64,000 nucleotides of DNA from Longimicrobiales bacterium. Its GTDB lineage: Bacteria > Gemmatimonadota > Gemmatimonadetes > Longimicrobiales > Gaopeijiaceae. Positions 1 to 12,376 of this stretch are shown here, in pieces. How positions within the stretch are numbered: position 1 is the stretch's first letter; each line of letters opens with the position of its first letter. The DNA lies in NCBI GenBank assembly GCA_965219445.1, contig CBDCNQ010000005.1:1024001-1088000 (forward strand), read 5' to 3'. The notes under the pieces were generated by a model. That model was given only the letters and a program-made list of their open reading frames with translations. It did no database searches and was not told the DNA's origin. A program made the position numbers and the translations under genes.

Positions 1-390
1 TTCTCTACCAGCGCTTTCCTGCCTGTGTGCGGTCATGCCGTCGTGTTGCTTGTCGCCTGCGGCGACGACGCCAGCAAGCCGCCCAACCAGGCTCCGGTGG
101 CTGTCGGCACCCCACCGGTACTGGAGATCATCGCCGAGCAGGCAGTCACCGTCGTCGATCATCAACTACAGGCTCTTGGTCTACGAGACCGTACGGGACC
201 GCTTCCCAGGTCTGCGTGGCGGTCAGCCCGTCCGGATCGGTCGCCGTGATGGTTTGCTGACGGGCATGGATGGGATCCGTGTTGCAAGTTGTGCGGGGGG
301 GTGAGTGAAGGTAGGGACGTCGGTTGCTAGCCCGTTTCGGTGCGGGTTGCCAAAGGAGGAGGCAGGCGTGAAGACCGGAGACAGAGGAGC

Positions 391-1983
391 ATGAGCGACG
401 GGCGGCAACGGCGGGCCAAGGCGAAGGACGGGTTGTGGAAGGGGCTGAATCCCACGATGGCGCTGGCAGCCAAGAGCTTCGTCCTGGCATTCGTCCTCTT
501 CGCCGTCCGCGACGTGGAGGCTGCAGGCGCCGCGTTCGAGCGCATCCGCTCTTGGATTGAGGGAACGCTGGACTGGTATTATACCTCAGTGGTTTGCGCC
601 TGTCTCTTTGCCTGCTTGTTCCTGCCGTGCAGCCGGTTCGGAAGGATCCGGCTTGGCGACGACGCTTCCGAGCCGGAGTTCCGCACGTCCTCCTGGCTCG
701 CCATGCTGTTTTCGGCAGGTGTGGGGATCGGGTTGCTCTTCTTCTCCATCGCCGAACCGATCTTCTACTTCGACAACAGCCAGAGCGCGGGTTACCCGAA
801 CAACCCCCTGGCCGACCTCGCCGGCGCCGTGTCGCTGGACGAGGCGCGTGCCGTGCACGCTATGCGCGTGGTTTACTTCCACTGGGGCATGCACGGCTGG
901 GCCGTCTACGCCCTGGTCGGGCTGTGCCTGGCCTACTTCGGATTCCGCAAGAAGCTGCCGCTGACGTTGCGCTCTGCTCTGTATCCGCTCATCGGCGACC
1001 GAATCTACGGCCCCATCGGCGACATCGTGGACCTGCTGGCGGTATTCGGCACGGTCTTCGGCATCGCGACCACGCTGGGGCTCGGGGCCAGCCAGATGGC
1101 CACCGGACTCGACGTCCTGCTCGGCGTCGATCCGGGGCTCGTCACGCAGGTCGCGCTGATCGCGGCAATCTCGGTCGCGGCCACTCTGTCGGCTGTATCG
1201 GGCGTGAGCCGCGGGATCCGCATCCTGTCGGAGTGGAACATCGGCCTGAGCGTTATCCTGTTGGGCTCCTTTCTCTTCCTCGGTCCCGGCACGTGGCTCG
1301 TGGGCTTTCTTGCAACCTCCATCGGCGAATACCTATGGCATGCGCTGCCCATGGGTTTCTGGATCGCTGATGATCCGGGGCAAGCTGTTTGGCAGAATCG
1401 CTGGACCATCTTCTACTGGGGATGGTGGATCTCCTGGGCGCCCTTCGTCGGCATGTTCATCGCCCGCATCTCGCGCGGGCGCACGCTGCGCGAATTCATG
1501 CTGGGCGTGCTGGTTGTCCCGACTGCTATGGGGCTGCTGTGGATCGGGGTTTTCGGTGGCAACGCCATCTATCTGGAGCTCAACGCGGCGGGCGGCGTCG
1601 GAACCGCCGGGATCATCGAGCTGGTGCGGGACGCGCACTACGAGGCCGCGCTCTACGGGACCATCGACAGGTTGAGCGACATCGGCTGGCTGACGTGGGC
1701 CATGTCCGCCCTGGCTACCCTTCTGCTGGGGACGTGGTTCATTACGTCCTCGGACTCCGGCACGCTGGTCATAACAACCCTGCTGAGCATGGGCGACCCC
1801 CACCCACCCCAGCGTTTCCGCATCGTCTGGGGACTCGGCATAGGAGTGGTGGCCGCCGTGCTGCTGCTCGCCGACGGCCTCCAGGCCTTGCAGACCGCCG
1901 CCATGGCCGCCGCCCTGCCGGTGAGCATCGTGCTGTTGCTTATGATCGCTGGGCTGATGAAGTCCCTGGCGCAGGATCCGTAG
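391..1983 (+). CDS. BCCT family (betaine/choline/carnitine) transporter
   Basis: Multi-TM ORF with BCCT motifs SWLAMLFSAGVGIG, HWGMHGW and WTIFYWGWWISWAPFVGMFIARISRGRT; ATG at 391 follows GAGGAG. Confidence 0.93.
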   Translation: MSDGRQRRAKAKDGLWKGLNPTMALAAKSFVLAFVLFAVRDVEAAGAAFERIRSWIEGTLDWYYTSVVCACLFACLFLPCSRFGRIRLGDDASEPEFRTSSWLAMLFSAGVGIGLLFFSIAEPIFYFDNSQSAGYPNNPLADLAGAVSLDEARAVHAMRVVYFHWGMHGWAVYALVGLCLAYFGFRKKLPLTLRSALYPLIGDRIYGPIGDIVDLLAVFGTVFGIATTLGLGASQMATGLDVLLGVDPGLVTQVALIAAISVAATLSAVSGVSRGIRILSEWNIGLSVILLGSFLFLGPGTWLVGFLATSIGEYLWHALPMGFWIADDPGQAVWQNRWTIFYWGWWISWAPFVGMFIARISRGRTLREFMLGVLVVPTAMGLLWIGVFGGNAIYLELNAAGGVGTAGIIELVRDAHYEAALYGTIDRLSDIGWLTWAMSALATLLLGTWFITSSDSGTLVITTLLSMGDPHPPQRFRIVWGLGIGVVAAVLLLADGLQALQTAAMAAALPVSIVLLLMIAGLMKSLAQDP

Positions 1984-2421
1984 TGATACGAAGGTGGCGA
2001 ACTGCACCATCTCCTTCCCACGCCTGACCTCGAGATCGGGTCCGTTGCTGTGGCATGAGGTCATCACCCCGATCTACTACACGATGGCTTCCACAGCCCG
2101 ATCAGTGCATCAGCGCGTGCGCTGGGTGTTGTAGTGGGCGGTCGCGATGAAGCTCCGTACCGACAACCCACAATCGACGCCCGCCGGATACAGGTTATTA
2201 ACCTGACCGGATCTTTCGTCGTCAGCCACTGAAGCTGAACTCGGTCAGGGCCGGTTGAGGGCTATGCTGAGCGTAGCGTGCGGGTCTCCGAATAGGGTAT
2301 CTCGGCTGTGTAGACCACGGGCGGTCCGCGACCGACAACCGACATCCGGCTGCTTGCGCCGCCTTCCCGTCCAGGGATTCCGGGCGTGATGGACGCGACC
2401 GCGGGAGGCCAGTTACGGTGT

Positions 2422-2493
2422 GAGAGCCAGCCCACGCAATGTTGAACATCGCGAAACTGGCGAGGGGGGCCGCGTCCCCCCTTTCGAACCCCC
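2422..2493 (+). other. ColE1-bom-like oriT motif, copy A
   Basis: GAGAGCCAGCC, hairpin CGCAATGTT-G-AACATCGCG, then CTGGCGAGGGGGG...CCCCCTTTCGAACCCCC; lies upstream of a mobC remnant. Confidence 0.55.
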
Positions 2494-2565
2494 AGCTTCC
2501 CGCGCCGCTGCCGGAGCAGCGGGCGGTCGGGGACACCGCCCCCCGAACCCGGTGCCGGTGTGTCC

Positions 2566-2820
2566 GTGCCTGATCGCCGCACCGTAATGGTCGCCGCCCA
2601 CGTCACGCCGACGGAGCACGCCGCCTGGCAAGAGAAGGGCGGCGGCAGCGGGCGTGTCTCCCTCCGCCCTGCTGCGGGAGGAGATGGCGCGGACGCGCAC
2701 GTGGACCGAGCTGGCCCTCGCCGTCCAGAGCGAGGACATCCGCCAGGTAACGCGCATCGGCAACAACCTGAACCAGTTCGCACGCTAGGCGAACACGCAT
2801 GCCTCGACGGTCGAGGAGGG
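2566..2820 (+). pseudogene. mobC: MobC relaxosome accessory protein remnant
   Basis: Across frames reads RRTVMVAAHVTPTEHAAWQEK...RQVTRIGNNLNQFAR*AN; MobC IGNNLNQ motif, one frameshift and an in-frame stop. Confidence 0.7.
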
Positions 2821-3045
2821 GGATTGGAGCCTGGATTACGCCAATCTCAAGGGAGCGCGCGCAGGCCTGCTGTGAAGGGCGGCCGCTTCGCGGGCAGGTG
2901 CACGGTGAGAGAGCGGCTAGGAACCCGATCCGGAGCGGTTTCGGGAAAGCTAAGGCCCGCAGGATCGCCTCTAACGTCCGATCGCGGGTCCCAAGGGGGT
3001 ACGCACGAGGGTAGGGGAGGTAGGGTGAAGCCTGCTCGGCGACCT

Positions 3046-3717
3046 CTACGCTTTCATCGGGAAGAATACACGCCGGGCCCTATCCCAGTCCCGCAGCTTA
3101 CCCTCATCGCTCCTATTCGCTTGAGCGAAGATCAGGCCAGCCCTCTCCGATTGCTCCAAACGCGTGACTAGGTTCTCCACGCCTCGATGCGTGTGCGTAC
3201 CGTATTCCAACACGTCGATGCCCATAGCCGCGCCTCGGTGCTTCCGATGGACGTCTTGGAGCCTTGAGATGATATCCCTAATCTGGCCCACTTGGAGGGT
3301 CGGGAGAACATCCTGGCCGAGCGCGGTGCGCTCGTCTCGATGAGCGACATCCCTGTTTCGGTGCTTTCGAATCTTCTCGACCAATTTCCGAATGCTCTTC
3401 AACTCGCATCCCAGCTTGCACCTCAGTTGGCCCGACAGCCGAGGGTCGTCGAGGAGCGCCTCAAGCGTCAGGTTCCGGCGCTTTCCCATCTCGGGCGGAT
3501 CCGTGAGGCGTGAGATCGAGAGGATGATTTCCGAGACCATCCAGCCGTGGACGAGGTTCCAGAAAAACCCGCCCCAACGGGGTCTCCGCAGTTTGTCGGC
3601 TCGCTCTGGATCCTCGACGTACAAATAGTTGTAGTTGGCCCAAAGGTCCTGCATTTCACGGAGCTCAGTATCCCATAGCTGGTCGCTCATCTCGTCGAAG
3701 TCCGATGGCTTCGTCAT
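3046..3717 (-). CDS. HEPN domain protein (AbiU2-like), putative RNase/defence
   Basis: Helical protein with HEPN-type motif RNRDVAH, preceded by IILSISRLTDP. Confidence 0.65.
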   Translation of the reverse strand: MTKPSDFDEMSDQLWDTELREMQDLWANYNYLYVEDPERADKLRRPRWGGFFWNLVHGWMVSEIILSISRLTDPPEMGKRRNLTLEALLDDPRLSGQLRCKLGCELKSIRKLVEKIRKHRNRDVAHRDERTALGQDVLPTLQVGQIRDIISRLQDVHRKHRGAAMGIDVLEYGTHTHRGVENLVTRLEQSERAGLIFAQANRSDEGKLRDWDRARRVFFPMKA

Positions 3718-3919
3718 CTGTTCTCCTTGCGAACCCTTCCGAGGGTGCGGCAAGAGGAGTGTAAACGTCGGTGGGCGCGACCCCGGTTAGCCGGCAACGG
3801 GAAGTAAGTCTCACGGTGACAGCGTGCTCCCACCATGGGTTCCATCGTGCCCTTGGCTTCCCGCTACGAGAATTGATGGCGCGGGTCCCTCCGTGTCCAT
3901 AGATACCTCTACGAACGGC

Positions 3920-4156
3920 TGGGGCCAGCGCGGCGAGCGCCCGCTCGATGGCGACCACGTAGGCGACGACCTCGGCGGCCTCTGTTGGCCAGGCGCGCGA
4001 TCCGGTTGAGGTTGTGGCCGACGCGCGCGATCTTGGGGGGTGTGCTAGCGTTTCGCCGCTGCCCCCCGGGGCGGTCCATCTACGCACGCGTGCCATGGCC
4101 CCACGCGCCGACGGCGATACGCGGACGCCGGTGGTGACGGTTCGGCGCTCGGCCAT
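3920..4156 (-). pseudogene. mobC: Second MobC remnant
   Basis: MAERRTVTTGVRVSP ... ARVGHNLNRIARLAN ... EVVAYVVAIERAL, spread over frames. Confidence 0.6.
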
Positions 4157-4228
4157 CACGACGCGGCCGTCACGGTGGAGGGGAGCGAGCCCGCTTCCCG
4201 CGCACTCCGCGGGAGCGCGGGCCTCCCT

Positions 4229-4314
4229 GGGGGATCGAAGGGGGGCGGAGCCACCCCCCCGCCAGCCCCTGCCGGGGACCCGCGAAGCGTGGCCCCAAAG
4301 GGTAGGCTGGCTCA
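4229..4314 (-). other. ColE1-bom-like oriT motif, copy B
   Basis: Minus strand TGAGCCAGCCTACCCTTT...GGGGCTGGCGGGGGGGTGGCTCCGCCCCCCTTCGATCCCC, between the integrase fragment and the mobC remnant. Confidence 0.55.
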
Positions 4315-4329
4315 TGACAGGTAACCGGT

Positions 4330-5030
4330 CAGGAGCCAGCGCCTCAGCGGATCGGTTCGGCCTCCGGGTCTCGACGCTTGCCACGATCCCGCCGCCGCCG
4401 CGGAGCTTCCGGGCTTCCTCGAGGATCTCCAAGGCCCGCCCCGACAGGGGAACTCGGTGCTCGCGCTTCGCCTTCATGCGGTCGGCGGGAATGGTCCAGG
4501 CATCGTGCTCGACCTCATCCCACGCCGCGCCCCGGACCTCGTTCGAGCGTGTCGCGGTCAGGACTATGAACTCGAGCGCCAGCCGGACACCGGCATGGGA
4601 CTCCGAGTCGCGGACCTTGGCCAGAGCCGCCGCTACCTCGCCGTGCGGGAGCGCCTTGTGATGCCGGATGGCGTTGCCGTTGCGCGGCAGCGCGGCGGCG
4701 ATGGCGTCCCCCGCCGGGTTGTCTGGCCGGTAGCCCTTCGCGACGGCCCACTTCATCACCGCGCCGATCCGCTGGTGCACGGCCCTCGCGGTCGCGGGCT
4801 TGCTGGACCAGATGGGCTTGACGATGGCGAGCACGTCGGCCGTCGCGGCCTCGCTCACGCGTTTCCGGCCGATGCGCGGATGGGCGTAGTCCCGCAGCGT
4901 CTGCCGCCACTGCCCGGCCATGCGGGATGGGTTCTTCCAGGTCGGCGAGTGGATCGCGATCACCTTCTCGACGGCCGCCTCGAAGGTGGGAACCCCCGCG
5001 TCTCTCGGGTCGTGGCCCCAATGGACCCGC
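4330..5030 (-). pseudogene. Truncated P4-like tyrosine integrase
   Basis: PTFEAAVEKVI...ALEFIVLTATRSNEVRGA...RMKAKREHRVPLS; the N-terminal arm domain and C-terminal HxxR/Y motifs are missing. Confidence 0.85.
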
Positions 5031-5044
5031 GTTGCATAGATGGC

Positions 5045-5599
5045 CGGGTGAGAAGGACGAGTATTACGAGGTTCGCGCCACACTACCCGAGAGCCTCGCG
5101 CCCGAGGTGAGGGCGGCGCGGTTCTTGTACCTGAATCGGTGGTGCTTCAACGGGATCTACCGAACCAACAAGCTCGGCCGCTTCAACGTCCCCTTTGGTG
5201 GCAACCGCGTCGGACCCTCAGTCACTCGCGAGGATCCTCGTACGATTCTCGAAGCTAATCCGCCGGACGCTGCTGGTGCCCGGGGATTTATCAGAGACAC
5301 TGACCCATGTTGAACCGGGTGACTTCGTCTATCTCGACCCTCCCTACAGCATCCATGGCGTGAGAGTATTCAATGAGCATGTATTGCGTGGCTTTGGTGC
5401 ATCGGACCTTCAACGCCTGAGGCTCCATCTGGAGAACCTCCACTCGATGCAATGCCGATTCCTGGTGTCCTACGCGGATTGCGAAGAGGGTCGAGCCCTG
5501 GGCCAAGGGTTTAAGATCGACGTCGTGGAGGTTACGAGAAACGTTGGCGGCTTCCGCTCTAGGCGTCGAAAAGCCCGGGAGATCCTGATACACAACTAG
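5045..5599 (+). pseudogene. Dam/D12-class N6-adenine DNA methyltransferase, 5'-truncated and frameshifted
   Basis: AARFLYLNRWCFNGIYRTNKLGRFNVPFG in one frame and GDFVYLDPPY...FLVSY...EILI in another. Confidence 0.85.
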
Positions 5600-6792
5600 G
5601 CGGTATGCCCGCTATCGGAAACCATCATCGCCGTGATGTCGGGCCACTCCTCTTCCTTGCGGCGGTGAAGGATCCAATTGGTGCCATCGTGGTGAATCTG
5701 GATGTGCCAGTACGACCGTAGCTCGTCGGTCTGGGTTAGATTCATTCCGTCGAGCTGGCCCTCGATGAAGTCGACCGGGAAGAGAGCGATTTGATCCGGG
5801 GACCCGCAGCCGAAGGCTGCGAAGCCGCGACCCGCAGCCTTGAGTTTCTCAAGTTGGTGCGGATGAAAGGCAAACCAATACCCCGCGCCCTTCGGGTCCG
5901 CGTATTCCTTTGACACTGAGCAGGTGACCGTCAGACCTTGGTCCGAATCCGCGTAGGTGATTCGGGACTGTTTGGTCAGGTCAGCACCGAGGTACTGGCT
6001 GATGCGAGCCGCGCAGGCTCCGTTGAACGATACGGGCTTAGCTCGCTCCTCTCTCCCTCCTGCCTTGTCTTCCTCACCTTCATCGATCTCAGGTGGGGCC
6101 TCGTCGAGGATATCCTCGGTAGTAGAGAAGACCAGATCGATAATCTCGTCGACTCGCGTGTATTCGCGGGGAATCAGCAAGGCACGGATACGTGCTTCTG
6201 CGCCGGGATCATCGACCTCCTGCCGGATTTTCATTAGCCGGACGAGCGCGTCGATGCTGATGAGTCGGACGTCCCAAGCGTGCCGAGAACCTCTGATTTG
6301 CGCCTCGAGCTCACCGGTATCCTCCCGACCAACGATTATCAAAATGGAAGAGCGGTTCTCGACAATGCGACCGGATTTCACGAGCTCCTGGCGATACCCC
6401 GCAACGGTCTCGATCGGAAGACGATAGGCATCGGTTGTTTTGACCTCCGCGACCACCTCGTGGCCGTCGGGACCGGTCCAGATGCCGTCGTGACCGATAG
6501 CGTTCTTGGTACCCCGATAACGCCCCGGCTCGACGAGGAACCCCAACCTTCCGGCGATCTCGTTGACGATGTCCTGAAGCGCTAGGCCTGAGTCGGCGAA
6601 AGACCTGCTAAGGCAGTCGTCGGCATACCCAGCCAAGACCTCCGAAGGCACCCTTGCGAGGAACGCGCGAAACTCCGCCGGAGCAGAGTTGTTGTCGCCA
6701 AGCTTTCCATCGCCCGCAAAGCCGATGATCTGATCGACCCGTTTCTCTCTGATCTGCGCGGGGTTCTCCTTCCAGATTTCGTATAGCGACAT
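5596..6792 (-). CDS. Putative PD-(D/E)XK restriction-endonuclease-like protein
   Basis: Motif GHDGIW...AEVKTTD; convergent with the MTase fragment. Confidence 0.6.
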   Translation of the reverse strand: MSLYEIWKENPAQIREKRVDQIIGFAGDGKLGDNNSAPAEFRAFLARVPSEVLAGYADDCLSRSFADSGLALQDIVNEIAGRLGFLVEPGRYRGTKNAIGHDGIWTGPDGHEVVAEVKTTDAYRLPIETVAGYRQELVKSGRIVENRSSILIIVGREDTGELEAQIRGSRHAWDVRLISIDALVRLMKIRQEVDDPGAEARIRALLIPREYTRVDEIIDLVFSTTEDILDEAPPEIDEGEEDKAGGREERAKPVSFNGACAARISQYLGADLTKQSRITYADSDQGLTVTCSVSKEYADPKGAGYWFAFHPHQLEKLKAAGRGFAAFGCGSPDQIALFPVDFIEGQLDGMNLTQTDELRSYWHIQIHHDGTNWILHRRKEEEWPDITAMMVSDSGHTA

Positions 6793-6975
6793 CAGGTATC
6801 TCGAATCTTGAGGTAGGATCAAAGGATCATAGGGGCATGGCGACCGCTACCGGTACCGATCAGCAGCGAAGCAGCCCGAAGACGAAGAGGCGTTCTCCTC
6901 CGGGAGCGGGTGCGCGTTCATCATTATTCGCGCAAGCAAGCAACCCAACCCGTCCTACCCAAGAGGAGGATGCCC

Positions 6976-8031
6976 ATGGAGAGGTATATCGGACTCGACG
7001 CACACGCGTCGAGCTGCACGCTGGGGATTGTAGGCCCCAGCGGCAAGCGCTTGGGCTCGCAGGTGGTGGAGACGAACGCGCGGGCGCTGATCGAGGTGCT
7101 GCGAGGGATTCCGAGGAACCGGCACTTATGCCTGGAAGAAGGGACGCTGTCGGGGTGGCTGTACGAGGTGCTGAAGCCGCACGTGGAGGAGCTGACGGTG
7201 GCGGGGGTCGGCAAGAGCCGGGGCCCGAAGACCGACAAGCTGGACGCGTTTGCCCTGGCGGAGAAGCTGCGGATCGGATCACTGGAGACGACGGTCTACA
7301 AGAACCGGGGCCAGTTCAGGCGGCTGGGGGAACGGGCGAAGAGCTACGACTTCTTGGTCGGCGACACGGTGCGGGTGAAGAACCGGCTCAAGAGCGTGCT
7401 GCGCTCGAGAGGAGTGGCCTACGGCGCGGGGCGCTCGGTCTACTTAAAGCGCGACCGGGAGGAGTGGTTGGCCAAGCTGCCGGAAGCGAGCAGGACGACG
7501 GCCGGGTTGCTGTACGAGGAGCACGACGCACTCGTGGCATTGAGGGCGAAGGCCGAGAAGGCGTTGCTGGCGGAAGCACGCAAGCATCGAGAGTGGCATG
7601 TGCTGAAGACGTGCCCGGGTCTGGGTCCGATCCGGACGGCGGAGCTCCTGCCGGTGGTGGTGACGCCGTACCGGTTCCAGAGCCGGAGCAGGTTCTGGGC
7701 GTACTGCGGACTGGGCGTCGTGATGCGGAGCTCGTCGGACTGGGTGCGGGGTCCGGGTGGGCGGTGGGTAAGGGAACCGGTACAGCAGACGCGGGGGCTG
7801 AATCGGAACTTCAACCACACGCTGAAGCGTGTGTTCAAGGGCGCAGCGACGACGGTGATCGGTCGGGCCGAGGACGAGCCCTTGTACCGCCACTACGAGC
7901 GACTCCTGGAGGGGGGCACGAAGCCGAATCTGGCGAAGCTGACGATCGCGCGTCAGCTCGCCTCGATCGTGCTAGCGGTGTGGCGCACGGGCGAAGCGTA
8001 CGACCCCAAGAGACTGGAAGCGACGGAGTAA
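6976..8031 (+). CDS. IS110-family DEDD transposase/recombinase
   Basis: IGLDAH, LEEG, KTDKLD, CPGLGP, Ser-containing RSSS; GGAGG RBS; uninterrupted frame. Confidence 0.93.
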   Translation: MERYIGLDAHASSCTLGIVGPSGKRLGSQVVETNARALIEVLRGIPRNRHLCLEEGTLSGWLYEVLKPHVEELTVAGVGKSRGPKTDKLDAFALAEKLRIGSLETTVYKNRGQFRRLGERAKSYDFLVGDTVRVKNRLKSVLRSRGVAYGAGRSVYLKRDREEWLAKLPEASRTTAGLLYEEHDALVALRAKAEKALLAEARKHREWHVLKTCPGLGPIRTAELLPVVVTPYRFQSRSRFWAYCGLGVVMRSSSDWVRGPGGRWVREPVQQTRGLNRNFNHTLKRVFKGAATTVIGRAEDEPLYRHYERLLEGGTKPNLAKLTIARQLASIVLAVWRTGEAYDPKRLEATE

Positions 8032-8400
8032 ACCGGGCCGGGATCGGCGAGCGTGGGGTCGAAAGCGGTCACAACATGGGGTCCGACGAAACGGAAGCGA
8101 ACCGGTTACAGGGGACAGCATCCATACACACCGTGGGCCGGGGCAGAGAGCCCAAGCCCCCACTCAAAGGCTATGCACCCCTGGAGAGCCGAACGAAGCG
8201 ATGGGCCACAGAGTCCCAGATAGAAGGATGGTTCCCGCTCCAGAGCGGAGAACGCGACGGCTGTGAACGTCTTCCGGACTGCGATGCGGACCCTGCGAGC
8301 GCACCCCTCCCCACCCTGAGTCGTCGACCGGGCAATCCAAACCATGCGGACGCCGACGGTCAAAAAATGAGCCGACGGCGCGTGGGGAAGGTGCGTCTTG
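8032..8400 (+). ncRNA. Predicted bridge/seek RNA of the IS1111-type element
   Basis: Stem-internal-loop structures whose loop strands match the flanks (TACACACC 8125-8132, TCAAAGG 8164-8170) and the circle junction (ATAGAAGGAT 8220-8229); transcript ends unknown. Confidence 0.75.
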
Positions 8401-8636
8401 ACCGCCAGCCCCATAGAAGGGTGTGTAAAAAGAGAGGCGACGTACCTTTGCGCTGAGATGTAAACCAGCGAGCCCGGGTGAGCGCCCGGGGAAAGGGACG
8501 TCGCCTCATGAGAGAAGATATCGCGGGACCCCGGGGTGCGTCCAGCAGGCCGATATGGGAGACGCTCGAGGGGATGGTTAGGGAGAAGGCGCAGGAGTTC
8601 ATCCAACAGATCATGGAGGAGGAAGTCACGGAGTTG

Positions 8637-10939
<2,303 letters not shown>

Positions 10940-11501
10940 GGTGGGAGAAGTCAGAGGGCAGGAGTACGGTGGACTCGGCCGAGGGCTACCGCAACGGATA
11001 TGGCAAGCCGAGGCGGTTGGCGATGAGCTCGGGCACGATCACACTCCGACGCCCTCGGGTTCGGGGCGTCGAGGAGCGGTTCGAGAGTCGGGTGCTGCCG
11101 TTGTTCGCGAGGCGGACGAAGGAGCTGGGCGCTCTGCTTCCGGAGCTGTATCTGCACGGACTGGCGGAGGGAGACTTCGAGCTGGCGATGCGGGGACTGC
11201 TAGGCGAGGGGGCACCGCTGTCGAAGTCTTCGATTCAGCGGCTGCGGGCGGGATGGACGGCGGAGTTCGAGGAATGGAGCCAGCGTCGCCTGGAGGGCCG
11301 TGAGGTCGTCTACGTATGGGCGGACGGGATCTACGTGAAGGCAGGGTTGTCGATCCACCATTCTAGGCATTCCTCCCTCGCCGCCGAGGTCCACGTTGAA
11401 ACTCGGCGTGCCACCGTAGTGTCACGATGCCCAGGGCGGACAGAATAATGCTGTAGCGTTGCGGATCGACAACCCGTGTGTGCGACCGCATCGCCCCGGT
11501 C

Positions 11502-12376
11502 CTAGTGTACCGTATCTAAAGTTCTTAGCCCACGCGCGATTTTGTCGAGGATCTCCTGGGCGGACTTAGTCCAGACGAACGGCGTGGGGTCTTCATTGCG
11601 CTGCTCGAGATAGGCATCGATGGCTTCGATGAGATGACGTGACCCGTCGCAACGTCAAGAGCGGCGAAAAGCGTCGTTGTGCCATGGCGCTTGTAGTCGT
11701 GCGTCATGATGCCGGCGCGGCCCCGTTTCAGTGGCAGCCCCGGCTGAGTACGGTCCAGGGCCTGGATCTGGCTCTTCTCGTCGAAGGCGAAAGCGACGGC
11801 GTTGTCGGGAGGATTGAGGTACACGCCCACCACGTCGTTGAGCTTCTCGACCAGGCGGGGGTCGCGAGAGAGCTTGAAGCGGCGGACCTTGTGGGGTTTG
11901 AGTCCGAACTTGCTCCATGTACGCCAAACATCGACATGATTGAGGCCCATCTCGTCCGCCAGAAGGCGGCTGCTCCAGTGCGTAGACTTCTCCGGCGGCG
12001 GCTTCTCGCTCACCGTCTTCGCCACGATCTCTTCTTCAAGCGCGGGAGTGAGTTTGCGCGGCCGGCCGGCGCGCTCGCGGTCCTTCGCGACGCTCTTCAG
12101 TCCGCCCTCCCCGTAACGACGAATCCACAGCCGAGCGGTGTCTCGAGCGACGCCAAGCGCCTCCGCGATACTTCGGCTCGACTCCCCGTGAGAAGCGGCA
12201 AGCAGCATCTGCGCTCGCTCCACCTGACGTCGAGGCAGCGTCCGCGAGCGAACCCAGGACTCCAGCACCTTTAGGTCCCCCCGACGCAGTCGCAACTTCT
12301 TGGTCTCGTTGGCCATGGACCTGAATATATCGCTTGCCAGCTTCAGGGGCTAAAGACTTTTGTAACATAACACTAG
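11502..12376 (-). mobile_element. IS630 copy with internal deletion (left arm of ppk2 composite transposon)
   Basis: Near-identical to 13691-14839 except for a ~270-bp deletion removing most of the DDE domain; CTAG ends. Confidence 0.92.

Larger units (their letters stand above)
6826..8420 (+). mobile_element. IS110-family (IS1111-type) element
   Basis: AAGG at both boundaries, imperfect sub-terminal IRs (ATAGGGGCATGGC / GCCAGCCCCATA), TTGAC near the right end, long 3' non-coding region. Confidence 0.85.

Noticed and set aside
1..330. Lipoprotein/Ig-like gene pieces (VACGDD..NQAPVAVG on +; TITATDPDGLTATQ on -)
   Set aside because: Short opposed fragments at the window edge; cannot be delimited as genes
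2225..2250. CTGAACTC match to the pilN junction as the partner att site
   Set aside because: Only 8 bp, and the adjoining frame (EFSFSG*) does not look like a PilN C-terminus followed by pilO
3665..5083. 472-aa ORF as a single protein
   Set aside because: Chimeric read-through across an integrase fragment, the oriT motif and a mobC remnant
6837..8456. 539-aa ORF and other long overlapping or antisense ORFs
   Set aside because: Shadow frames expected in high-GC DNA, overlapping well-supported genes
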